24,000 nt of DNA from Rhodanobacteraceae bacterium (GCA_051962095.1 JBQCCP010000127.1:21414-45413), one strand, 5' to 3'; positions 9,752 through 24,000 are shown, counted from the first letter of the stretch. Numbers and translations are program-made. The notes: generated from the letters alone by a model not told the origin.

Positions 9752-10572
9752 TGGCCTGCATTGTCGGCGAGTTTCGGCTCGGCCTGCAAGCCATCGGAAC
9801 CCAGTTTTTTCGCCAATGCGACGAAGCCTTGCGGCGGCACGCTTTCGGCGCGCGCGCGCGCGTCGATGCCGGCGGCGCGGATCGCCTCGGCGTCCACCAC
9901 TCCGCGCAAGGCATTGGAGAGCGTCTTGCGGCGCTGGCCGAACGCCGCGCGCACCACGGCTTCGACTGCGCGCGCGAGGTCCGGGTCGATGCGTTGCGCT
10001 TCGGGCAGCGGCGTCAACCGCACCACCGCCGATTCCACTTTCGGCGGCGGCCGGAACGCGCCTGGCGGGACCCGCAACAGCGGCTCGACCTTGCACGCGA
10101 GTTGCAGCATCACCGACAGCCTTCCATACGTCTTGCTGCCCGGTTCGGCCGCCATGCGGTCGACGACTTCCTTCTGCAACATGAAGTGCATGTCGGCGAT
10201 CGCATCCGCGTGCGCGAGGCAGTGGAACAGGATAGGGCTGGAGACGTAGTAGGGCAGGTTGCCGGCGAGTCGAAGCTTGCCGCCGTTCGCGAGCGCCGTG
10301 AGGTCCACCTTCAACACGTCGGCGTGGACGATCTCGAGTTCGCCCACACTTGCAGCGCGCGCACGCAGCGGCTCGATCAAGTCGGTATCGAGTTCGATCG
10401 CGATCATCCGCCCCGCCGCGCGCAACAGCGGCAGCGTGAGAGCGCCTTCACCCGGGCCGATTTCCACGATGCGATCGTCCGGTCGCGGCGCAATCGCGGC
10501 GACGATGCGCTCGATCACGCCTCGTTCGTGCAGGAAATGCTGGCCGTAGTGTTTCTTGGGACGCGCGGACAT
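9748..10572 (-). CDS. rsmA: 16S rRNA (adenine1518/1519-N6)-dimethyltransferase
   Basis: The 274-aa ORF reads MSARPKKHYGQHFLHERGVIERIV.. with the SAM motif VEIGPGEGALT and NLPYYVSSPILF. It holds the conserved pdxA-rsmA-apaG position. Confidence 0.95.
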   Translation of the reverse strand: MSARPKKHYGQHFLHERGVIERIVAAIAPRPDDRIVEIGPGEGALTLPLLRAAGRMIAIELDTDLIEPLRARAASVGELEIVHADVLKVDLTALANGGKLRLAGNLPYYVSSPILFHCLAHADAIADMHFMLQKEVVDRMAAEPGSKTYGRLSVMLQLACKVEPLLRVPPGAFRPPPKVESAVVRLTPLPEAQRIDPDLARAVEAVVRAAFGQRRKTLSNALRGVVDAEAIRAAGIDARARAESVPPQGFVALAKKLGSDGLQAEPKLADNAGQ

Positions 10573-10578
10573 TGCGAT

Positions 10579-11604
10579 TCAGACGCGCGCACGTTGCGCT
10601 GCCAGTCGCAAGGCGGTGTCCGCGGCCGCGATCATGCTGGCCGGATCGGCGCGGCCGCTGCCGGCGAGGTCCAGCGCGGTTCCGTGGTCGACCGAGGTGC
10701 GGATGAACGGCAATCCGAGTGTGATGTTGACGGTACGGTCGAAGGCTTCGGATTTCAGTACCGGCAGGGCCTGGTCGTGGTACATCGCGAGCACCACGTC
10801 GTAGCGCGCGCGCATCGCCGGCACGAACGCGGTGTCGGCGGGCAGGGGACCGACGAATTGCACACCTTCGCCGCGCAAGGCGTCGAGCGCGGGGATGATC
10901 GTCTCGATTTCTTCGCGGCCGAGGTGTCCGCCTTCGCCAGCGTGCGGGTTCACGCCCAGCACCGCGATGCGCGGCGCGGCGATGCCGAATTTTGCGATCA
11001 GCTCCGCGTGCACGATGCGCAACGTGCGTGTCAGCGACTCGCGGGTTATCGCGGCCGGCACGCGCGCCAAGGGCAGGTGCGTCGTCGCCAGCGCCACGCG
11101 CAATTCGGGCGAGGCCAGCATCATCACCACGTCGCAGCCGGCGCGCTGCGCGAAGAATTCGGTGTGGCCGGAGAACGCTTCGCCGGCGTCGTTGATCACC
11201 GATTTCTGCACCGGTGCGGTGACCACCGCGTCGAACTCGCCGGCGAGGCAGCCGTCGGCCGCCTGCGCCAGCGTGTTCAGGACGTGGAAGGCGTTGCGCG
11301 GATCGAGTTGGCCCGGCGTTTCCTCGACGCGCAACGGCACGTCCAGGACCCGCAGGCTTCCGGCCGCGCGCAGCGTGCGGGATTGGCCGTCATACGCTTC
11401 GATCTTCAGCGTGATGCCGCAGTGGCGCGCCGCGCGCTCCAGCAGCCCCGCATCGCTGATCGCGACGAGGTCGGCGGCGATGGGCGTCGCCGCCAGGCGG
11501 GCCACCAGTTCGGGACCGACACCGGCGGGCTCGCCGCCGGTGACGGCGAGCCTGGCAAGATGCGTGGGCCGGGACGAGCCGGCCGGGGCCGGCTCGGACA
11601 TCAT
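10579..11604 (-). CDS. pdxA: 4-hydroxythreonine-4-phosphate dehydrogenase
   Basis: The 341-aa ORF contains GEPAGVGPEL, GVNPHAGEGG and RTSVDHGTALDLAG, which are PdxA signatures. Its start overlaps the surA stop as ATGA (11601-11604). Confidence 0.93.
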   Translation of the reverse strand: MMSEPAPAGSSRPTHLARLAVTGGEPAGVGPELVARLAATPIAADLVAISDAGLLERAARHCGITLKIEAYDGQSRTLRAAGSLRVLDVPLRVEETPGQLDPRNAFHVLNTLAQAADGCLAGEFDAVVTAPVQKSVINDAGEAFSGHTEFFAQRAGCDVVMMLASPELRVALATTHLPLARVPAAITRESLTRTLRIVHAELIAKFGIAAPRIAVLGVNPHAGEGGHLGREEIETIIPALDALRGEGVQFVGPLPADTAFVPAMRARYDVVLAMYHDQALPVLKSEAFDRTVNITLGLPFIRTSVDHGTALDLAGSGRADPASMIAAADTALRLAAQRARV

Positions 11605-13016
11605 TGCGCGTCGTTGCTGGCGGTGGCCGAGGCGTCGGCCAGTTCCGGGACCCGGATGCTGATGTACGCCGACGATTCGAGGTCGCGCAGGAACTGTTCG
11701 AATGCCTGCTGGCCCTTGCGCGCGGCGATCGCCTGGCGCGCCTGCTCGCGCTCGATGTCCTCGGTCTTGTCGGCCTGACGCGTGCCGAGCAACTTCACGA
11801 GGTGCCAGGAACCGTCGGGGCTCTCGAACGGCTGGGTCACCTGGCCCGGTTGCATGCCTGCGATCAGCTTGCCGACTTCGCTGCCCCAGTCGCCTTGCAT
11901 GAACCAGCCCATGTCGCCGCCGGCATTCGCGGTGGTCGGGTCGTCGGAATTCTGCTTGGCGAGCGTCGCGAAGTCGGCGTGGCCGTCCACGATTTCGCGA
12001 TAGAGCTTTTCGATCTTGTCGTGCGCGCCCTGTTCGGTCAGCACCGCGTTGGGTTTGATCATCAGGTGCAGCGCGTGGTACTCGGTGACGATCTGCTTGG
12101 TATCGGGCGTGCGCTTGCCTTCGAGTTTCAGGATCGTGAAGCCGGCGGCATCGCGCAGCGGCTGGGTGTATTCGCCCGGCTGCAGGGCATTGACGATCTG
12201 CTGCACGGGCTGAGGCAACTCATCCACGCGACGCCAGCCGAGGTCGCCGCCGTTCAGCGCTTCGGGCGCGCTGGAGTTGCTGACCGCGAGTGCGGCGAAA
12301 CTTCCGCCCTTCTTCAGTTCGTCCTCGACCTTGTCGGCCTTGGCTTGCGCGGCGGCGATCTGCTGGGCGTTCGCGCCTTCGGGAAGGCCGACCAGGATCC
12401 GCGCCAGGTGCACTTCGCCCTGGCGGAATGCCGGGCTGGCGATGAGGTTGTTGATTTCCGCGTCGGAAACCTGCGCGGATTGCTGCATGACCTGCTGCTG
12501 CACGGCACGCACCAGCAACTGGTCGCGCAACTGCTGGCGGAAGGAGGCGTAGTCCACGCCCTGCTGCTGCATCGCCGCCTGCATCTGCGGGACGCTCATC
12601 TTGTTCTGTTGCGCGATGTTGGCGACCGCGGCGTCGACCTGGTCGTCGGACACCCGCACGCCGTTTTCGTGCGCCTTCTGCACCAGCAACTGGTTCACGA
12701 TCAGGTGTTGCAGCACCTGCTTTTCCAGCACGTTCTGCGGCGGCAGCGTGCCGCCGGAACCGGCGATCTGCTGGGAAACCGTCGCCATCGTCTGGTTGAG
12801 CTGGCTTTGCAGGATCACGCCGTCGTTCACCACCGCGACGATCCGGTCCAGCGGCTGGACCTGGTTGGAGGCGTCGGCATCGGGCGACAGCAGCGACGAA
12901 GGTTGCGCGCTGCTGGGTGGCGGCGCGTTCGGGCTCAGCAGCTGCGCGGAGGCGGGCAGCGCGATGGCCGCGGCCGCGAGCGTCAGGACCAGGCTGGCGA
13001 GAGAGGATGCTTTCAT
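11601..13016 (-). CDS. surA: Periplasmic chaperone / peptidyl-prolyl isomerase SurA
   Basis: This is the track ORF 11601..13211 trimmed to ATG 13016, giving the signal peptide MKASSLASLVLTLAAAAIALPASAQ. It has a SurA N-domain (IVAVVNDGVILQSQL) followed by two parvulin-like segments, and lies in the conserved position after lptD. Confidence 0.9.
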   Translation of the reverse strand: MKASSLASLVLTLAAAAIALPASAQLLSPNAPPPSSAQPSSLLSPDADASNQVQPLDRIVAVVNDGVILQSQLNQTMATVSQQIAGSGGTLPPQNVLEKQVLQHLIVNQLLVQKAHENGVRVSDDQVDAAVANIAQQNKMSVPQMQAAMQQQGVDYASFRQQLRDQLLVRAVQQQVMQQSAQVSDAEINNLIASPAFRQGEVHLARILVGLPEGANAQQIAAAQAKADKVEDELKKGGSFAALAVSNSSAPEALNGGDLGWRRVDELPQPVQQIVNALQPGEYTQPLRDAAGFTILKLEGKRTPDTKQIVTEYHALHLMIKPNAVLTEQGAHDKIEKLYREIVDGHADFATLAKQNSDDPTTANAGGDMGWFMQGDWGSEVGKLIAGMQPGQVTQPFESPDGSWHLVKLLGTRQADKTEDIEREQARQAIAARKGQQAFEQFLRDLESSAYISIRVPELADASATASNDAQ

Positions 13017-13136
13017 GTTCGTCTGTTGGAACCGGAGTGGATGGCGGCGTGCCGGGGGAGCAGGTCCGGGGCGGATCGGGCCTTGGACAACGCCGGCGGC
13101 CGAAAGTTGGGTTGTGCCGAGGAGCGATCGAAGCAG

Positions 13137-13242
13137 CTGTGGTGAAAAGTCAGACCATGGATGGTCGTTCTGATGTCTGTGGCTTGGAGAACACGCTTTT
13201 ACCGTACCCATCCAAGTGGTGCGATCACGGGCGATCGCAAAG
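13137..13242. repeat. Copy A of a roughly 105-nt dispersed structured repeat (second copy at 21672-21779)
   Basis: By hand alignment to 21672-21779, the first 46 nt match at 36 of 46 positions (CTGTgGTGaAAAGTCAG..CATGGATG..CGTTCTG..GT..GTGG). The last 22 nt match at 18 of 22 (GCGATCA.GG..GATCGCAA.G). Overall length is 106 nt against 108 nt. It abuts the lptD stop codon (13243-13245). Confidence 0.6.
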
Positions 13243-15516
13243 TTACTGATAGCCTAGGATAGCATTCTGCAGGAAGGTCCCGGTGTGCTGGCCGTACGAG
13301 CCGACGCCCTTGAACTGGATCTCGAACATGATGGCGTTGTTGGCATCGCCCTTGTAGTCGTACACGTAACGGCGGCTCAGCACACGGATCGCGGTGCAGC
13401 AACTGTCCCACTCGATGCCGGCGAATGCGTCGATCGCGCGTTTGTCGCGTAGCGAATAGGTGTAGCCGCCGACCAGTTTCCAGGCCGCGCCGACCGGCAC
13501 TTCGGCGGTCATGCTGGCCTGCTCCAGCAGGTTGCGGCGATAGCGGTAATCGAAGTTCACGATGCCGTCGCCCCACAGCCGGCGCTGCAGGCCGATGGTG
13601 GAAACATCGGTCTGGTCGGTGTTCGGGTTCCACTGCTGCGAGGTGGTCAGGCGCCAGTTGTCGTTCAGGCTCACGGTGAGATTGGCGACGTAGTTGGAAC
13701 CGGAATAATCCACCACCTGGCCGTTCGGGAAGAGCGTCACCTTCTGCGGATCGAAATAGCGGATCTGGCCGATGCTCGCGGACAATTTCTCGACGCCGTT
13801 CTGGTCGAGGAAACGCGTAGTCAGCGCCAGCGACAGATTGTTGGCATTCATCTGACGGTCGGCGCCGCTGAAGCTGTTGGTGGTGAACAACTGCCAGAAG
13901 TCGAACGTCAGCGGCTGGGTGTCGAACAGCGGCAGGTCGTTCTGATTGCGGTAAGGCACGCGCAGGTAATACAGGCGCGGCTCCAGCGTCTGGGTGTAGT
14001 CGCTGCCGAACAGGTGCACGTCGCGCTCGAACACCAGCCCGGCATCGACGTCGAAGATCGGCGTGGTGCGCGTCGGGTGGTCGGTCGTGCTTCCCGCGAC
14101 CGGCTGCGGCAGGTTATAGGCGGTGTAGCGCACGCCGACTTCCGGGCGCAGGAACCACGCCGCGCCCTGCAGCGGCCACGCGAGGTAGGGATAGAAATCG
14201 AAACGGTCGCCGCCGATGGCTTCGGGTTTCACGAAGCGCACGGCCTCGGCGTTGATGCCCCATTCGGGGCCGCCGGGGCCGCCGATCGGACGATCGGCAT
14301 TGAAAAACATGCGAGGCAGCCGCCGGTAAGGCGCGGCAAGGTCTGGAATGCCCGGCGTGACGATCTGGTACCAGTCCGCGCCGATGCCGCCGTTCCACCA
14401 GTCGCCCGAACCGGTGACGTAGGACGAGGAGCCCAGCAGCGTCACCGTCGAGGTCGTGAGGTTCTGCCCGAAATCCTGGAACCACGCCTTGTCGGTCGCG
14501 TGCGCGATGGAGGTGTTCCATTGCAGGTTCCAGGGCAACTGGGTCTGGTTGGTGAAGGTGAGGTAGCCGCGGTTGCGGTCGGCCACCTTGTCGTGCGGCA
14601 TGTAATCGAGGTTCAACTCGCCCTTGGTGATCGGGGTGAGATAGCGGAACTGGGTGTCGAGCATCCCGCCGCGATCGGCATACCACGTCGGGGTGAAGGT
14701 GGCGTCGTAGTTCGGCGCGATGTTCCAGTAGAACGGAATCGCGACGAAGAACCCGGCGCGGCTGCGCTTGCCGAACGACGGGTACAGGAAGCCGGTCTGG
14801 CGCTGGTTGTCGATCGGAAAGCGCATGTACGGCAGCCACAGGAACGGCACGCCCTTCAGGCGCATGGTCACGTCGCGGGCGCGGCCGACGCCCTCGTCGC
14901 GATCCATGGTCATGGTCCTGGCCTCGATCTCCCACACCCGGTTGTGGAGGTCGCAGGTGGAATAGGTGACGTCGTGCAGCTTGTCGCGATCCTGGTCCAG
15001 CATGATGGCCTGGCTCGCCACGCCATTGCCGCGCGAAGTCAGCAACTGGTACTGCACGTTGTCGGCGACGCCGTATTCCGGGGTGGTGGTGCCCTTCATG
15101 CTGTCGGCCGAGAACAACATCCCGCGTTCCTGGTAGCGGATGTGGCCTTCGGCGTCGTAGGCGGTGGTGTCGGCGTTGTAGGTGAGCGAATCCGCGCGCA
15201 GCAGCTGGTCGAGCCGCTGCAGCGACGTGTTGCCGGAAAGATGGAAGAGGTTGCTGTCGGGACTCGAGAAGCGGTCGCCGTAAACCTGTGCCGGACTGGC
15301 TTCGCGATTGCCTTCGGTGGGCAAGCCCGGTTCGTAGAAGTTCAGCAGGTCGTTTTTCCTGCACAGCGCGAAGTCGTTTTTCACCACCGGGCAGACAAAC
15401 GCGCCGAGCGGGCAGGTGCCCGGCGAACCTTGCGCCAGCGCCATGCCGGGTGCGACCGCCAGCGTGATCGCAAAAGCCAGTGCACGCGGGGTCAGCGGCA
15501 TCGGTCGGCGCGGCAC
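13243..15516 (-). CDS. lptD: LPS-assembly outer-membrane protein LptD
   Basis: The 757-aa ORF starts at GTG 15516, with the SD AAGGAAA 6 nt upstream; an alternative ATG lies at 15501. It has a signal peptide ending ..APGMALAQG, an OstA-like N-domain and a long beta-barrel-type C-terminal region. It lies directly upstream of surA, as in E. coli. Confidence 0.92.
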   Translation of the reverse strand: MPRRPMPLTPRALAFAITLAVAPGMALAQGSPGTCPLGAFVCPVVKNDFALCRKNDLLNFYEPGLPTEGNREASPAQVYGDRFSSPDSNLFHLSGNTSLQRLDQLLRADSLTYNADTTAYDAEGHIRYQERGMLFSADSMKGTTTPEYGVADNVQYQLLTSRGNGVASQAIMLDQDRDKLHDVTYSTCDLHNRVWEIEARTMTMDRDEGVGRARDVTMRLKGVPFLWLPYMRFPIDNQRQTGFLYPSFGKRSRAGFFVAIPFYWNIAPNYDATFTPTWYADRGGMLDTQFRYLTPITKGELNLDYMPHDKVADRNRGYLTFTNQTQLPWNLQWNTSIAHATDKAWFQDFGQNLTTSTVTLLGSSSYVTGSGDWWNGGIGADWYQIVTPGIPDLAAPYRRLPRMFFNADRPIGGPGGPEWGINAEAVRFVKPEAIGGDRFDFYPYLAWPLQGAAWFLRPEVGVRYTAYNLPQPVAGSTTDHPTRTTPIFDVDAGLVFERDVHLFGSDYTQTLEPRLYYLRVPYRNQNDLPLFDTQPLTFDFWQLFTTNSFSGADRQMNANNLSLALTTRFLDQNGVEKLSASIGQIRYFDPQKVTLFPNGQVVDYSGSNYVANLTVSLNDNWRLTTSQQWNPNTDQTDVSTIGLQRRLWGDGIVNFDYRYRRNLLEQASMTAEVPVGAAWKLVGGYTYSLRDKRAIDAFAGIEWDSCCTAIRVLSRRYVYDYKGDANNAIMFEIQFKGVGSYGQHTGTFLQNAILGYQ

Positions 15517-15594
15517 GGGGCGTTTCCTTGGCGCAAAGTGATCCGCGTAAACTAGCAGAACGCACCCGTCCTGTTGAGCGCCGGCCCGTGCCGT

Positions 15595-20173
<4,579 letters not shown>

Positions 20174-20182
20174 AGACTGTCG

Positions 20183-20283
20183 TCATTCCGGGGCCGCGCA
20201 CAGCGCGGAACCCGGAATCGGTTTGGGACTGTTGTGCATCAAGACACCGATTCCGGGTTCTGCCTTCGGCAGCCCCGGAATGA
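20183..20283. repeat. Inverted REP doublet (REPIN-like) in the kdsA-eno gap
   Basis: TCATTCCGGGGC (20183-20194) and GCCCCGGAATGA (20272-20283) are perfect 12-bp complements. GAACCCGGAATCGG (20208-20221) and CCGATTCCGGGTTC (20247-20260) are perfect 14-bp complements. Side hairpins CGCGC-aca-GCGCG (20195-20207) and TGCC-ttc-GGCA (20261-20271) sit between the arms. Each half can also fold on itself (ATTCCGGG/CCCGGAAT). Confidence 0.75.
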
Positions 20284-20286
20284 TGA

Positions 20287-21615
<1,329 letters not shown>

Positions 21616-21671
21616 GATCATGTCCCTGACTTTCCGGAGAGCCGGCTGGCACGGCGCATCTTGCGGGGCGG

Positions 21672-21779
21672 CTGTTGTGGAAAGTCAGGACATGGATGCC
21701 CGTTCTGGCGTTGGTGGACCCAAGGCGGGGCCGTTTGCCCCATCATGGATCGATGCCGCGATCATGGATGATCGCAATG
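21672..21779. repeat. Copy B of the roughly 105-nt dispersed structured repeat (first copy at 13137-13242)
   Basis: See copy A for the alignment counts. The repeat tail GCGATCATGGATGATCGCAATG ends on the preferred ftsB start codon (21777-21779). Confidence 0.6.
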
Positions 21780-22115
21780 CTTAGATGGATAGCTTTGATC
21801 CTGATCGCCCTGCTGATCGGCTTGCAGATCAAGCTGTGGGTGGGCGACGGCGGCATGCGCGACCTGCGCGCGATCCGCGCGCGCCTGTCCGAACAGCAGG
21901 CCGAGAACGCGAAGCTGAAGCAGCGCAACGACGCGCTGCACGCGGACGTCGAAGACCTGAAGCATGGTCAGGACGCGGTGGAAGCCCGCGCCCGATCCCA
22001 GCTTGGCCTGATCAAACCCGGGGAGGTGTTCTATCAGGTCGTGAATGCGCCGGCCGGTGCTGCGAGCGCCGCGCCGCCGCCGGCTGCCACCGCGGCGCCG
22101 GCTTCCAGCGGTTGA
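21777..22115 (+). CDS. ftsB: Cell division protein FtsB
   Basis: This is the track ORF 21675..22115 (TTG) trimmed to ATG 21777, with 21768 as the alternative: MLRWIALILIALLIGLQIKLWVGDGGMRDLRAIRARLSEQQAENAKLKQRNDALHADVEDLKHGQDAVEARARSQLGLIKPGEVFYQVV. It has one TM helix plus a coiled coil and is colinear with E. coli FtsB. It holds the conserved position after eno. Confidence 0.88.
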   Translation: MLRWIALILIALLIGLQIKLWVGDGGMRDLRAIRARLSEQQAENAKLKQRNDALHADVEDLKHGQDAVEARARSQLGLIKPGEVFYQVVNAPAGAASAAPPPAATAAPASSG

Positions 22116-22144
22116 TTCGCCGCGTGGCGCGGGTGCGATCGGCT

Positions 22145-22172
22145 AAACTTGTCGGCTGCGCAAGTTTTCTTT
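22145..22172 (+). terminator. Weak hairpin plus T-run after ftsB (possible attenuator/terminator)
   Basis: The stem AAACTTG (22145-22151) / CAAGTTT (22161-22167) has a 9-nt loop and is followed by TTTTCTTTC. The stem is AT-rich and short. Confidence 0.25.
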
Positions 22173-22187
22173 CGGGGTTGGGTGGCG

Positions 22188-22982
22188 ATGCGGGTTTTGC
22201 TGAGCAATGACGACGGCGTGGATGCGCCGGGCATCCGCGTGTTGGCCGAACGACTGGCGGAACTAGGGGACGTGACGGTGGTGGCGCCCGATCGCGATCG
22301 TTCCGGCGCCAGCAACTCGTTGACGCTCGATGCGCCGGTGCGGGTAGCGAAACTCGACGATGGCCGCTACCGCGTCGCCGGCACGCCGACCGATTGCGTG
22401 CACCTGGCGTTGTCGGGTTTGCTGGACGACGAACCCGACATCGTGGTGTCGGGCATCAACAACTCCGCCAACCTCGGCGACGACGTGATCTATTCCGGCA
22501 CCGTCTCGGCGGCGATGGAAGGACGATTCCTGGGCCTTCCAGCGATTGCGGTTTCATTGGCAGGTCCGGGCGAACTCCACGACGGCAACGGCCATCATTT
22601 CGATTCCGCCGCGCGCGCCGTATCGCTGCTGATGCGGCGCCTGCTGGTCGATCCGCTGCCCGCCGACACCATCCTCAACGTCAACGTGCCCGATCGCGCG
22701 TGGGAACGGATCGAAGGGTTCGAAGTCACGCGCCTCGGCAGTCGTCACCGCGCCTCGCCGTGCATCGCGCAGCGCGATCCGCGCGGGCGCACGGTGTGGT
22801 GGATCGGCGCCGCGGGCGACGCCGACGATGCCGGTCCCGGCACCGATTTCGACGCGGTGCGGCGCGGCTTCGTTTCGGTGACGCCCATCCACGTCGATCT
22901 CACCCGTTTCCAGGCGCTGGAAAAAGTCTCGAACTGGATCGGCGGACTGACCGCGCAACTGCAGGGAGAGCAGGCGGCATGA
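22188..22982 (+). CDS. surE: 5'/3'-nucleotidase SurE
   Basis: This is the track ORF 22149..22982 trimmed to ATG 22188: [23 protein letters not shown].. It contains [24 protein letters not shown]. Confidence 0.93.
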   Translation: MRVLLSNDDGVDAPGIRVLAERLAELGDVTVVAPDRDRSGASNSLTLDAPVRVAKLDDGRYRVAGTPTDCVHLALSGLLDDEPDIVVSGINNSANLGDDVIYSGTVSAAMEGRFLGLPAIAVSLAGPGELHDGNGHHFDSAARAVSLLMRRLLVDPLPADTILNVNVPDRAWERIEGFEVTRLGSRHRASPCIAQRDPRGRTVWWIGAAGDADDAGPGTDFDAVRRGFVSVTPIHVDLTRFQALEKVSNWIGGLTAQLQGEQAA

Positions 22983-23659
22983 CACACCTTTTTGGCGCCG
23001 CACCAGCCTCCGCGCACGGGCATGGCATGACCTCGCAGCGCGCGCGCGACCGGCTGGTCGCGACGCTGCGCGACGAGGGCATCAGGGATTCGCGCGTGCT
23101 GGACGTGATCCGCACCACGCCGCGCCACCTGTTCATCGACGAGGCGCTGGCCGCGCGGGCGTATGAAAACAACGCGCTGCCGATCGGGCTGGGCCAGACC
23201 ATCTCGCAGCCGTGGGTGGTGGCGCGGATGACCGAACTGTTGATCGAGCATGGCGTGCCCAAGCGCGTGCTGGAAGTCGGCACCGGCTCCGGGTATCAGG
23301 CAGCGGTGCTCGCGCAACTGGTGGAGACGGTCTACACCGTCGAGAGGATCGAGGAACTGCTGCGCAAGGCGCGACGGCTGTTCCGCAACATGAAGATCGA
23401 GAACATCCGTTCGCGCCACGACGATGGCAATATCGGCTGGCCCACCGAAGCGCCGTTCGATGCGATCGTGCTGACCGCCGCCGGCGAATCGGTGCCGCGC
23501 GCGCTGCAGGATCAACTGGCGGACGGCGGGGTGATGGTCGCGCCATTGGGACCTCCGGGCGCGCAGCGGCTGACGCGTTTCCGTCGCGAGGGCGAGCAAT
23601 CGCACAAGGAGGAACTCGAGCCCGTGAGTTTCGTGCCTTTGCTCGGCGGCCTCGGATGA
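22979..23659 (+). CDS. pcm: Protein-L-isoaspartate O-methyltransferase
   Basis: It lies in the frame of track ORF 22394..23659. I start it at ATG 22979, which overlaps the surE stop as ATGA; an alternative ATG lies at 23027. It contains [19 protein letters not shown] and the SAM motif [16 protein letters not shown]. Confidence 0.9.
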   Translation: MTHLFGAAPASAHGHGMTSQRARDRLVATLRDEGIRDSRVLDVIRTTPRHLFIDEALAARAYENNALPIGLGQTISQPWVVARMTELLIEHGVPKRVLEVGTGSGYQAAVLAQLVETVYTVERIEELLRKARRLFRNMKIENIRSRHDDGNIGWPTEAPFDAIVLTAAGESVPRALQDQLADGGVMVAPLGPPGAQRLTRFRREGEQSHKEELEPVSFVPLLGGLG

Positions 23660-23666
23660 CCACCTG

Positions 23667-24000
23667 ATGCGCCTATTTCGTCCGTTGTACGAAAAAGCCC
23701 TCGAATGGGCCGCCAAGCCGCGTGCCGACGTGTGGCTGTGCGTGCTGAGTTTCTTCGAGGCTTTCATCTTCCCGGTCGCGCCGGAAATCATGCTGGCGCC
23801 GATGACGTTGGCGCGACCGAAGCGCTGGTGGTATTTCGCCTCGATCAGCCTGGCCGGCTCGCTGGCCGGCTCGGTCATCGGCTACGAACTCGGCCATTAC
23901 GCCTTTCATTACCTGCAGCCGTTCCTCGCCGACATTGGTTGGTCGCAACATCTGGATGCGATGGTGCAGAAGTTCGGAACGGCCGCGAAGCAGCATCCCT
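23667..24000 (+). CDS. YqaA/DedA (SNARE-associated) family inner-membrane protein; 5' part only, continuing past the right edge
   Basis: It is absent from the ORF track because it is open at the edge. Hand translation from ATG 23667 gives MRLFRPLYEKALEWAAKPRADVWLCVLSFFEAFIFPVAPEIMLAPMTLARPKRWWYFASISLAGSLAGSVIGYELGHYAF.. The SF.E..IFP.PP(D/E)..L.PM motif is typical of YqaA-like proteins. Confidence 0.7.
   Translation, partial: MRLFRPLYEKALEWAAKPRADVWLCVLSFFEAFIFPVAPEIMLAPMTLARPKRWWYFASISLAGSLAGSVIGYELGHYAFHYLQPFLADIGWSQHLDAMVQKFGTAAKQHP

Noticed and set aside
21675-21776. A long N-terminal extension of FtsB (track ORF starting at TTG 21675). Analogous upstream extensions exist for apaG (to 10096), surA (to 13211), pyrG (from 17460), surE (from 22149), pcm (from 22394), the acyl-CoA dehydrogenase (from 7088) and the MetH Hcy module (to 5673).
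   Set aside because: The extensions are Arg/Trp/Pro-rich and overlap upstream genes or repeats. They are absent from the well-known N-termini of these families. Internal ATGs align with canonical protein starts and often have an SD or an ATGA overlap with the preceding stop.

Overview
This is a GC-rich window (about two-thirds G+C by eye, not computed). Gene content, gene order and protein sequences look like the core chromosome of a gammaproteobacterium of the Xanthomonadales/Lysobacterales type; that taxon is an inference. It is densely packed with housekeeping genes. Left to right they are: a partial PhzF-family gene, tRNA-Val(CAC), two small membrane proteins, and a minus-strand SAM-cycle cluster (SahR-like ArsR/methyltransferase-fold regulator, GNAT, and a MetH split into an Hcy-binding gene and a pterin/B12/activation gene). 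Next come a divergent acyl-CoA dehydrogenase and the classical lptD-surA-pdxA-rsmA-apaG-apaH cluster on the minus strand. They are followed by an M24B aminopeptidase P, pyrG-kdsA, eno, ftsB, surE-pcm and a partial YqaA/DedA-family gene. I see no transposase, integrase, CRISPR array, toxin-antitoxin pair or defence-type gene cluster, and no convincing novel multi-gene system. The signal not explained by ordinary annotation is a set of structured GC-rich palindromic repeats (REP/REPIN/MITE-like). One appears to sit in frame inside the aminopeptidase P gene. One exactly fills the junction between the two metH genes. Two are inverted-doublet hairpins in intergenic gaps. One roughly 105-nt family has two copies 8.5 kb apart. 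There is also an isolated AT-rich dyad at the start of the SahR-like gene that is a candidate operator. All long alternate-frame or antisense ORFs in the track look like high-GC shadow ORFs.
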